A stretch of 64,000 nucleotides of DNA from Malacoraja senta (taxonomy: Eukaryota): the NCBI GenBank assembly GCA_038087875.1, contig CM075992.1, forward strand, positions 11,968,001-12,032,000, read 5' to 3'. Below the pieces are notes generated by a model. It saw nothing but the letters and a program-made list of their open reading frames with translations, did not search any database and had not been told where the DNA came from. Both the position numbers and the translations under genes were made by a program. The number at the start of each line of letters is the position of its first letter. Positions within the stretch are counted from its first letter, which is position 1. Shown here piece after piece: positions 25,985-37,306 of this stretch.

Positions 25985-26292
25985 CCCAGTACAGTGGCAC
26001 AGCGATAGAGTGGTTGCCTTGCAGTGCCAGAGACCCGGGTTCCATCTTGACTATGGGTGCTGTCTGTACGGATTTTGTACGTTCTCCCTATGCCTGAATG
26101 GGTTTTCTCCGGGTACGCTGCTTTCCTCCCACATTCCAAAGACATGTAGGTTTGTAGGTTAATTGGCTTCTGTAAATTGTCCCTGGTGTGTAGGATAGAA
26201 CTAGAGTACCAGTGACCGTGGGTCAGAGTGAACTCAGTGGGCCATAGGGCCCGTTTACACTCTGTATCACTAAACTAACCTAAACTAAACTA
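25985..26292 (+). mobile_element. V-SINE (HE1-like)
   Basis: Same head, V-domain, tail and (CTAAA)n end as 1673-1987. Confidence 0.85.
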
Positions 26293-27877
26293 CATTTTCT
26301 GAAGCATTTCTAATTTCTATATAGTAGAGAGTCAGGGCCTATCTGGCAGCTCCAAGTTGTGCATCATGAGGCATGGTGGGGCTTCAATGGCATACACATT
26401 CACCAGCACCATCTGAAACCATATGGCCCATACACCCTCACTCGATTAATTCTAACCAACCAGGGAGTCGACGTTGGCTCAGGCAGGGCATCTACACCTG
26501 ATGTACCCAGGAATGAGATGCCAGACTAATGAAACTGCAAAGTTAAACCATGCAGGAGACAGGGCCAAGTCAACATAGTGGATCTTTCTGGAGACCAACA
26601 TCCCTACACCACCTAGTCATGAATGATGCTCATGAATCCATATCCTTCCATTCTCGGCTTATCCACCTTCAGACCTTTCAACTTCCCAAGCACCTTCTCT
26701 TTAGTAATAGCAACTCCACTAACTTCTACCCCCTAACTCTCTTGAAATACAGACATGTTGCTGGTGTCTTCTTCTGTAAAGACTGATACAAAAAACGTAT
26801 TTAATTCATCTGCCATTTCATTATTCCCCGTTATTACTTCAAAGAACATTGTTACAAAGAAGGGAAGTCGAGGTAATCCAGGAAATTCTAGGCCTGTGAA
26901 CCACACGTCAGAACTTTATTCGCAGGGTGGAAATGTCAAAAACTAGATGGCACAGCATTAAGGTGTGAGAGGCCTTAACATCTTAAGTTTAATGGAGATG
27001 TTTGGGGCATGTTTATTACACAGAGCGGTGGGTGCCTGAAACACACTGGTGGTGTGGTGATGGTGGTAGATATGATAGTGGCATTTAAAGGCTTTTAGAT
27101 AGGCACATGATATGCCGAGAATGGAAGGATGCACAGGCAGAGGAAATGTGGTTAAGCATCATGCTTGGCATGGCCATTGTGGGCCGAAGGGACTGTTCCT
27201 GTGCTTCTAATACTCCAGGTGCTGCCTCACCACTATGATGGACCATATTCAAAGATCTTCCTTATTTCTAAACATAAACATTTTTGCAATAAGGGCCAAT
27301 GTGCTATCTTGCCTCCTAACTACTTTCTTCAGTCTGCTAACGTTTTGCAACTCCTGCACAAGAACACATGACTTCTCTACTTCCATCATAGAACATATAC
27401 AAAACATTGAACATAGAATAGTACAGCACAGGAACAGGCTCTTCTGCCCACGAGGTCTGTGCCTAACATGATGCCTAAAGCAACAAATCTGCCTGCATAA
27501 TCCATATTCCTCCATAGCCTGCACATCCATGTGCTTATCCATAAGTCTCTTAAATGCCACAATCGTAACTGCCTTCATCTCCACCCCGGCAACTTGTTCC
27601 AGGCACCGACCATCCTTTGTGTAAAAAAAGCCTTGCCCCACACATCTCCTTTAAACTTTGTCCCTCTCACCTTAAAGCTATGCCCTCTAGTATTTGAAAC
27701 TTCCATCCTGGAAAATAGGTTCTGACTATCTCCCCTATCTATGCCTCATTTCCAACTCTCCTCCATTTAGATAATGTTCTACCTTTGAATTCCTCTTCCA
27801 ATGCATGACCTCACACCTTCTACATTAAACTCCATTTGCTAACTTTTGGTTCTTCAATCTCTGTGTAGAGTCATAAA

Positions 27878-30800
27878 GACTCAAAGAGTGATACAGTGTG
27901 GAAACAGGCCACTTCCCTGGGCTTGGTCCATTTCCCTCCAAACCTTCCTTTCCATGTACTTGTCAAACTGTTTCTTAAATGATGGGATAGTCCCAGCCTG
28001 AACTACCTCCTCTGGCAGCTTGTTCCATACCCCGACCACCCTTTGTGTGAAAAAGGTACCCCTCTGATTCCTATTAAATCTTTTCCTCTTCATCTTGAAT
28101 CTATGTCCTCAGGTCCTTGATTCCCCTATGCTGGGCAAAAGACTCTGTTCATCTGCCTGATCTATTCCCCTCTTATACACCTCTATAAGATCACCCCTTA
28201 TCCTCCTGTGCTCCATGGAATAAAGATCAAGCCTACTCAACCTCTCCCTATAGTTCACACCCTCTAGCCCTGGCAACATAAATCTTTTCTGAACCCTTTC
28301 AAGCTTGACAATATCTTTCCTATAACATGGTGCCCAGAACTGAACACAATATTCAAAATGCGGTCTCACCAACGTCTTATACAACTGCAACATGACCTCC
28401 CAACTTCTATACTCAATACTCTGACTGATGAAGGCCAAAGTGCCAAAAGCCTTTTTGACCACATCTACCTGCGACTCAACCCTCAAGGAACCATGCAGCT
28501 GTACTCCTTGATCCCTCTGCTCTACAACACTACCCAGAGACCTACCATTTATTGTGTAGGTCCTGCTCTTGTTCGATGTCCCAAAATGCAACACTTCACA
28601 TTTCTCCGTATTAAATTCTATCAATCATTCCTCCGCCCACCTGGCCAATCGATCCAGATCCTGCTGCAATCGTTCACAACCATCTTCACTATCTGCAAAA
28701 CCACTAACTTTTGTATGATCATCAAATTTTGCCCTGCATGTTCTCATCCAAAGCATTGATGTAGATGACAAACAATAATGGGCCCAGCACCGAACCCTGA
28801 GGCACACCACTAGTCACAGGCATCCAGTCTGAGAAGCAATCTTCAACCATTACCCTCTGCTTCCTTCCATGAAGCCAATTTGCTATCCATTCAGCTATCT
28901 CTCCTTGGATTCCATGCAATCCAACCTTCCAGAGCAGACTACAATGCGCAACCTTGTCGAACGCCTTACTGAAGTCCATGCACACAACATCTACAGCTCG
29001 GCCTTCATCAACCTTTTTGGTCATGTCTTCAAAAAAATCAATCATATTTGTGAGACACGACCTCCCTCATACAAAACCATGCTGACTATCCCTAATCGCC
29101 CCTTGCCCATCCAAATGCCTGTATATACTATACCTCAGAATACTCTCCAGTAACTAACCAATTACAGATGTTAAGCTCACCGGCCTATAGTTCCCAGCAT
29201 TTTCCCTGCAGCCCATCTTGAAAAGAGGTAAAACATTTGCCACCCTCCAGTCTTCCGGCACCTCTCCTGTATTTAAGGACGACTCGTAAAATTTCAACCA
29301 GGGCTCCTGCAATTTCCTCTCTAGTTTACCACAATGTCCTCAGATATATCAGATCAGGCCCTGGAGATTTATCTATCTTCGAACACGACGGTACCTTCAG
29401 TACTTCTTCAACAGTAATCCTGACTGCTCTCAAGGCACTTCCAGTGACTGCTCCAATTTCATAGGTCCTACTGTCTTTCTCCTCGGAAATACAGAGGAGA
29501 AATACTCATTGAGGACCTTGCCCATCTCCTGTGGCTCCACACAGAGGTGACTGCTTTGATTCCTGAGAGGTCCCACTCTCTCCCCTCCAGGGATGCACTT
29601 GATCCCAGCTGCATATACATGCCCCATGCATCCTTCTTGTTTTTGACTAATGTCTCAATTTCCCTCGTCAGCCAAGCTTTCTTATGTTTGCCTGCTTTGT
29701 CCTTCACTCTAACGGGGACATACACATCCTGAGCTTTCTTCAGTACACGTTTAAAAACATCCCACTTGGCTGATGTTCCTTTCCCATCTAATAACCTGCT
29801 CCAGTTAACTTGAGCGAGACCTTCTCTCATAGCCTCAAATTGGCCTTACCCCAGTTGAGCATTTAAACACGTGACCCTCTCCGTCCCTATCCATAACTAT
29901 CTTAAACCTAATCAAACTGTGGTCACTGGTCCCAAAAGGCACCTCCACTCCACCTAACCCTAACCCTTCATTAACTTCCCCTTCCCAATTTCCCAATATT
30001 AGACCCAGCATTGCCCTCTCACATGTAGGGGCCTCCACATACTGCTTAAGAAAACTCCTGAACAGTTTTGAGGAATTGCACGCCATCTGAACCCTTCACG
30101 CTATGATTTTCCCAGTCTATATTAGGAAAGTTGAAATCCCCTCCTACAACCTTACTTGACCTGCAGATGTCTGCAATCTCCCGGCACATTTGTTCTTCTA
30201 ATTCCTGTTGACTATTCAGGGTCTGTAGTACACCCCCAACAAGGTGATCATCCCTTTCTTGTTCCTCAGCTCGACCCGTATAGCCTCATAACATGAACCG
30301 TCAATAATGTTACCTCTGAACACAGCCGTGACATCCTCCTTAATCAACAATGCAATCTCCCCTCCTCTTTTCTCCTCACCCCTGTCTCTCCTGAAGCTCC
30401 TATACCCCGGAACATTGAGCTGCCAGTCCTGCCCCTCCCTTAACCAGGTTTCAGTCATGGCTACAACGTCCCAGTCGCTCGTACCTATCCATGCCCTAAG
30501 CTCATCTGCTAACCAGCAGCCGTCCGATCATTTCACTTTTTTATTTAGTTTTTAGTTTTTTTCCTGTCTATGTCTGTTGGGGAATTTTGACTTTTAATGT
30601 AGGGGGGTAAGGGGGAAACTATCTATAGGTCCCTACCTGGTCGGTGAGGCAGCTTTTTCTCCGGGCTTCCCCGTCGACCCGTCCTTGCGGCCTACCAGCG
30701 GGCGTGGAGCGGCGTTTTGCTGGCGGGGACTGCCCAGCACCTTCAGCTTCGGTGGCGGCACAGCGCTGGAGCGCTATCGCGGAGAGGAGCGGGCGATGCC

Positions 30801-32085
30801 TTGCCTGGGTCACCGCGCTGGATCGACGCGCTGGAGCTCCGGTGAGCTGCGACCGCCAAGCTCAACACCTCTGGGCTGCGGGACTGCGGAGCGGCCAGCC
30901 GCGGGCGGCGTTGCCGACTCCAACATTGGGAGCCTCGGAGATCCAAATCGGCGCGGCCTTGTCGGCTTCAGGTGCCACAGACTCCGGTAGGAGATCGGCC
31001 GTTCCAGCCATCCCAGCCGCTGCGAGGACTCTCCCGACGCCGGGGCAACAACACCCGGCGAGAACGGCCAGGAACATCGGGCCTCTGTAGAGGCAACTGT
31101 GGAGGCCTCAATAGGCCTGACTTTGGGTGAACTGGGGTTGGGGACTGGACATTGTGCCTTCCCCCACAGTGGCAATCATTGTGGGGGGATGATTTTGTGT
31201 GTAATGTGTAGTGTCTATGTTAGTCTTTGTCCAAGATGGCGGTCGGAAGGGAGAGTGGACGCTGGCGCGCTTTAGCAGCCGCTGCTCTCTCTTCCATATT
31301 GTGTTTTTGATTTTTGTTTTGGGATTTAATTCTATCTTTAATTTGTGTACTGGTGATGTCTTTGCTATTTATTTCATTCCGCTTACATGTTTCTACACTA
31401 TTTGTTAAACTTTGTAAGGTGTCCTTGAGACTTTGTGAAAGGCACCCATAAATTAAATCTATTATTATTATTATTATTACCCGTCAGGACCCTTGCAATA
31501 AGATACGTGCAGTATAAACCAACCATCCTTCCTCGCTCTCCTGCCTATTCTGCCCACTAACCTTTCCCACACCATCCTCCATACCAACTTCTAGCCTCTC
31601 AGTGTCATGTCCTACACGAGATCCCACCCACCTGCCAATCGAGATTAAACCCTCCCGTGTAGCATTAGCAAACCTTCCCGCTGGGATGTTGGTTACGTTT
31701 AGGTGCAACCCGTCCCCTTTATTAGTTGCAAACCATCCCCTTTATGCAACCCTGCCCCGGAAGAAATCCCAATTATCCAGAATCCCTGCCCCCTGCACCA
31801 ACTCCTCAGCTACACATTCATTTCCCCTGTCTTCTTATTCTTACCTTCACTAGCTCGAGGTACTGGAGGCAATCCTGAGATCACTACCCTGCAGGCACTG
31901 CTTTTCAGTCTTCCACCCTATTCTGTAAATTCTTGTTGCAGAATCTCCTTCCTCTTCCGACCTCTATCATTTGTGCCAACATGCACAACAACATCCAGCT
32001 GCTACCCCTCACTCTTGAGGTTGTGGTGCAGCTACTCCGAGACGTCCTGGACCCTAGCACCAGGGAGGTAACACACCATTCTGGA
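27878..32085 (-). mobile_element. Long CR1 LINE (ORF1 remnant, APE, RT), interrupted at 30511-31479
   Basis: MTETWLREGQDWQLNVPGY, GVYYRP, SDH, MDFSKAFDKV, GVPQGSVLGP; ORF1-like sequence at 31650-32085. Confidence 0.9.
30511..31479 (+). mobile_element. GC/CpG-rich non-autonomous retroelement with L2-like 3' end and (TTA)n tail
   Basis: Inserted within a CR1; body homologous to 62264-63117; ends gtaaggtgtccttgag..aaggcaccc..ataaa..(tta)n. Confidence 0.75.
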
Positions 32086-32136
32086 GTCTCTGCTGCTGCA
32101 GAATCCAAACATAATTCAGCATCTTATTTCATCTGC

Positions 32137-32450
32137 AGCGGTAGAGTTGCTGCCTTACAGCGCTTGCAGCACCAGAGACACGGGTTTGATCCTGACTATG
32201 GGTGCAGTCTGTTCGGGGTTTGTACATTCTCCCCGTGACCACGTGGGCTTTCTCCAAGTTTCGGTTTCCTCCCACACTACAAAGCCGTACAGGTTTGCAG
32301 GTTAATTGTCTTGGGTTTGTATACTTGGTATAAGTGTAAATTGTCGCTAGTATGTGTAGGATAGCATTAATGTGCGGACATCGCTGGTCGGCGCAGACTC
32401 GGTGGGCCGAAGTGCCTGTTTCCATGCTGTATCTCTAAACAAAACTAAAA
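32137..32450 (+). mobile_element. V-SINE (HE1-like)
   Basis: Close copy of 1673-1987. Confidence 0.85.
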
Positions 32451-32844
32451 TCTATTATAATCATATCAGCAAACATGACACTGAGTCCTCGCCCCCAGGT
32501 CATTAATATAAATTCCAACTAGCCTAATCCAAGAACTGACCTGAATACACCCTCGTTGCAGACTTACAGCCTGGAAAAGATTCATTCAATCTAATTTCTG
32601 TTAACCTTGGCTATTTTTCAGGTATGGTTTCAAGGATGAAATTTGTATGAATGGAATTCATGAAAATAGAATTTAAAACACTGCAGAAACAGGTTCTGCA
32701 GCCACAAAGTCGGTGCCGATCGTAATACCAATTTAAACCACACATCCCCCACATGTGGTCTGTAACCAGCCATCCCCACTGTTCATGTGTCTGTCTGAAT
32801 GCCTCAAACATTGCCCTCATTTACAATGGCTCTTTTCTCCTCAG

Positions 32845-33045
32845 GGGAATGATGCTCACAATCTGCATCTGATCACTCTGGTCGGCGTTCTTGTCTCTCT
32901 GGTTTGCCTTGCGCTGTCAGTCCTCACCTTCACCCTGTGTCGGGCCCTTAAAAGTATCAGGACCACCATCCACACTCACCTGTGCATCAGCCTCTTTTTG
33001 GCAGAACTGCTGATCATCGTTGGAATGGACAAGACCGAATATCGG
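32845..33045 (+). CDS. ADGRE-like exon: TM1-TM2 (GNDAHNLHLITLVGVLVSLVCLALSVLTFTLCRALKSIRTTIHTHLCISLFLAELLIIVGMDKTEYR)
   Basis: Adhesion-GPCR motifs (SLVCLAL..TF, IH.HLCISLFLA); acceptor tttctcctcag|, donor |gtaggt; 201 nt, phase 0-0. Confidence 0.92.
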
Positions 33046-33181
33046 GTAGGTGAAGAAAATGGTGTCCACTTCTCCCGGTGATCTCACTCAGGAACAGGCC
33101 TTGGTGCACGACACCAGGATGGGCAGTGAGCCACATCACTGTTCATTACTGCATTCAACACATACTACTGTTTGGCCCCGA

Positions 33182-33243
33182 CAGTGTAATGGTCCAGTGT
33201 ATAATCCAGTGCATCATCCAGTGTACAACCCAATGTACCAATC
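33182..33243 (+). repeat. Degenerate 12-13 bp minisatellite (CCAGTGTA core), 5' part
   Basis: cagtgtaatggtc-cagtgtataatc-cagtgcatcatc-cagtgtacaacc. Confidence 0.75.
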
Positions 33244-33756
33244 GATTAGTGTGTAAGAAGGAACTGCAGATGCTGGTTTAAACCGAAGATAGACACAAAA
33301 ACTGGAGTAACTCAGCGGGACAGGCAGTATCTCTGGAGAGAAGGAATCGGTGACGTTTCAGGTCGAGACCTGTCTGAAAAAGTTTATATGAACAATTTGT
33401 ATGAGAATATGCAAAGGCATGATTAGTAAGTTTGAAGATGCCATTAAAATACATGGTATCATAGATAGTAAATAAGGTTGTCAATAATCAGCTGGGTAAG
33501 TGGACCAAGGAATGATTAATGGAGTTTAATTAGGATGAGTACATAGTATTTTATCTATAATAGGGGAATCAAGAACCAGATGGCGAAAGAGGAGGCCCAG
33601 GGCAGAAAGGTCAGTGTAGGAACAGGAATGGTTAGCAACCGGGAAATCCAGTAGGCCATGCTTTAGTATGAGCACAAGTGTTCAGCGAAACAGTCGGCCG
33701 ATTCTACACTTGGTCTCGCCGATGTAAAGGAGGCAACATCTGGAACACAGAGGATG

Positions 33757-35345
33757 AGACACAAAAAGCAGGAGTAACTCAGCGGGACAGGCAGGATCTC
33801 TGGGGAGAAGAAATAGGTGACGTTTTTGTGTATATCTTCGGTTCAAACCAGCATCTGCAGTTCCTTCCTACACACAGAAGATGAGGTTGGTCACGTGACT
33901 CAACTTCATCTCAACTACAAGGATTGCTGGGGTCCTGGGTTGATGTGAGGTTAGAGCTATAGGGACAGGAGTTACATCTCCTGCGGTTACAGGGGAAGGT
34001 ACCTGGGAAGCGGGTGATTTGGGTGGGAAGGGATGAGTGAACCAAGGAATAGAAGAGGGAGCTGTCTCTGTGGGAGGCAGAAAGGGGTGGAGATGGGAAG
34101 ATGTAACTACATTGGATCACATTGGAGGTGGTGGAAATGTCAGAGAAATAAGTGTTGGATGTGGAAGCTGGGGGGTGGGGGTGAAAGGTGAGGACCAGGG
34201 AAACTCTATTCTTGTTCAGTCTGGGGAGAAGGAGTGGGAAGAGCAAAACTACTGGAAACTGAGGAGGCGCAGGTGAGGGATCTGTCTATGACAGCAGGAG
34301 GAATCCACATTTACTACAGAAAGAGGACATCTCGGATGTACTAGGATGGAAAGCCTCCTCTTGGGAGCTGATTTAGAGAGAAATTGGCAGTAGAGGACAG
34401 TGTCTATATTACAATTGTACAAGATGTTCGTGTGGCCACATTTGGAGAGTTGTGTTCAGTTTTTGTTGCCATAGGTTTGATGTCGTTTAGGTGGAAAGAG
34501 TGCAGAGAGGATTTACAAGGATGATGCAGGACTTGGAGGTCTGAGTTATGGAGGGAAGTTAGGCAGGCTCGGGTTTTAATCCTTGGAACGCAGGAGGCTG
34601 AGGGGTGATCTTATGGATCATGGGGGAAATAGAGGTGAATACACAGAGTCTTTTCCGCAGAGTAGTGGAATCAAAAACCAGAGGACATCATTTTCAGATT
34701 AGAGGGCATTTAATAGGAATCTGGATGGCAACTTTTTCATACAGACGGAGGTAGATATATGGAGCAGACTGCCAGAGGGGTAGTTGAGGCAGATACTGGA
34801 ACAGCATTTGAACAAAGTTTAGACAGATACCTGGATAGGAAAGGTTTCGAGGGATATGGACCAAACGTGAACAAGTGAGACAAGTGCAGATAGGGCATCT
34901 GGGTCGTCATGGGCAAGTTGGGCTGAAGGGCCAGTTTCCGTGCTGTACGACGCAACGACTCCATGACTTGAACTGTCCCAAGATCTGTGAGAAACATTGT
35001 TGAACTTCTTTCATTCTGCTGTGAATGATTCAGAGATGTTTCTATACATCAGCAGTACTACATATATGAAGATATGTGTTGTCCTTCTGCAACATGCTGA
35101 ATCATAAAAGGATCTGGTTCAGTACATCTTGTTATTTCCTTTTGTCTGCATTCTCGAAGCGATCTGTAAGATTATACAGTAAGTAGCAAGTTTTATTTAG
35201 TCTATGGTTTGGTCGACCCAGGATGATAACATCACTTTCTCCGTCTCTCAAAATAGACCATAGATATAGAGCTGTCAGTGTAGAACTGGTGAAAACCACA
35301 CGTGCGCACAAACCAACTCAGCTGTAGAAATAGGGAAGGCCAGTG
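33757..35345 (+). repeat. Segmental duplication unit A; paralogue A' is split over 36520-36736, 37090-37306, 45154-46260 and 50308-50345
   Basis: Same order of pLTR mini-element, minus-strand Penelope, CR1 3' end and non-TE block, with shared junctions. Confidence 0.9.
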
Positions 35346-35349
35346 AGTT

Positions 35350-36580
35350 GGCAGGAAACTTAACTACATTTGCATGCCATGGAAGGGAAAGATTTAGGGG
35401 AGGTTGAAGTGGCAAAAACAGGAAGACAGATTATTACCTAAATGGTGTCAAGTTCAGAAAAGCGAAAGTACAATGGGATCTGGGGGTCCTTGTTCATCAG
35501 TCACTGAAAGCAAGCATGCAGGTACAGCAGGCAGTGAAGAAAGCGAATGGCATGTTGGCCTTCATAACAAGAGGAGTTGAGTATAGGAGCAAAGAGGTCC
35601 TTCTGCAGTGGTACAGGGCCCTAGTGAGACCATGCATGGCGTATTGTGTGCAGTTTTGGTCTCTAAATTTGAGAAAGGATATTCTTGCTATTGAGGGAGT
35701 GCAGCGTAGGTTCACCAGGATAATTCCCGGGATGGCGGAACTGTCAAATGTTGATAGAATGGAGCATCTGTGCTTGTATACTCTGGAATTTAGAAGGATG
35801 AGAAGGGATCTTATTGAAACATATAAGATTATTCAAGGATTGGACATGTTAGAGGCAGGAAACATGTTCCTGATGTCGGGGGAGTACAGAACCAGGGGCC
35901 ACAGTTTAAGAATAAGAGGTAAGACATTTAGTACGGAGATAAGTAAACACTTTTTCACACAGAGAGTTGTGAGTGTGGAATTCTCTGCCTCAGAGGGCGG
36001 TGGAGGCCAGTTCGCTGAATACTTTCAAGAGAGAGCTAGATAGGGCCCTTGAAAATAGCGGAGTCAGGGGATATGGGGAGAAGGCAGGAACAGGTTACTT
36101 ATTGCGGATGATCAGCCATGATCACACTGAATGGTGGTGCTGGCTCAAAGGGCCGAATGGCCTACTCCTGCACCTATTGTCTATTGTCTATTTTCTATTA
36201 TCACTGGCTCATGGGACTAGTGCAGATGAGGCAAGTTGGTTGGAATATGCTATTGTGCCGAAGGACCTGTTTCCATATTGTATGACTCTATAACTCCATG
36301 TTGGAGAGCTCTCTGCCATAGAAGAGAATTCAAAAAAGTATTCAACATAGGGAATCTCTTCAATCTACTGAGGAAGTAAAGACAATGATGAGTTTTCTTT
36401 GTGATGCAGCAATACACTGGGCCCAGGACAGGCCTTCATAGATACACACGTCCAGGAACCTGAAGCTGTTGACTCTTTGTGTAGGAAAGAACTGCAGATG
36501 CTGGTTTAAATCGAAGGTAGACACAAAATGCTGGAGTAAATCAGCAGGACAGGCAGCATCTCTGGAGAGAAGAAATAGGT
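35350..36580 (+). repeat. Segmental duplication unit D (CR1 nested in CR1 plus Rex piece); paralogue at about 52990-54205
   Basis: Shared composite junctions, e.g. gcaggaaac.taactacattt...gtggcaaaaacaggaag and ...gctgttgactctttgtgtaggaaagaac. Confidence 0.9.
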
Positions 36581-36736
36581 GATGTTTTTGTGTATATCTT
36601 CGGTTCAAATCAGCATCTGCAGTTCCTTCCTACACACAGAAGATGAGGTTGGTTACGTGACTCAACTTCATCTCAACTGGAAGGATTGCTGGGGTCCTGG
36701 GTTGATGTGAGGAAGAGCTACAGGGTCAGGTGTTAT

Positions 36737-37089
36737 GGACGACAGATGGCGCAATGGGCTAAGTGTTCGTCTGGCAACCGGAAGGTAGCCAGTTCGAATC
36801 CCGCTTGGAGTGCATACTGTCGTTGTGTCCTTGGGCAAGACACTTCACCCACCTTTGCCTGCGTGTGAATGTGTGTGAATGTGTGTGAGTGATTGGTGGT
36901 GGTCGGAGGGGCCGTAGGCGCAGATTAGCAGCCACGCTTCCGTCAGTCTGCCCCAGGGCAGCTGTGGCTACAGAAGTAGCTCACCACCACCGAGTGTGAC
37001 TGAGGAGTGAATGAATAATGCGATGTAAAGCGCCTTGAGTATTAGAAAGGCGCTATATATATCCCATCCATTATTATTATTATTATTAT
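36737..37089 (+). mobile_element. tRNA-headed CORE-type SINE with L2-like tail, AFC-like
   Basis: A-box TGGCGCAATGG, B-box GTTCGAATCC, GTGTCCTTGGGCAAGACACTT, ccccagggcagctgtggctac, gtaaagcgccttgag..aggcgctata, (TTA)n; absent from the paralogous site at about 33970. Confidence 0.85.
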
Positions 37090-37306
37090 CTCCTGCAGTT
37101 ACAGGGGAAGGTACCTGGGAAGCGGGTGATTTGGGTGGGAAGGGATGAGTTACCCAAGGAATAGAAGAGGGAGCTGTCTCTGTGGAAGGCAGAAAGGGGT
37201 GGAGATGGGAAGATGTAACTACATGGGATCACATTGGAGGTGGTGGAAATGTCAGAGAAATATGGATGTGGAAGCTGGTGGGATGAAAGGAGTGGACCAG
37301 GGGAAC

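Noticed and set aside
30619..31175. Multiple Ala/Arg/Gly/Pro-rich ORFs and a CpG-island-like composition
   Set aside because: Explained by a GC-rich repeat with a second copy at 62264-63117; not a host gene or promoter.
32562..32621. Possible 60-nt exon (ttgcag|...|gtatgg) just upstream of the TM1 exon
   Set aside because: Open only as phase 1-1 (DLQPGKDSFNLISVNLGYFS), has no GPS similarity, and cannot bridge to the phase-0 TM1 exon.
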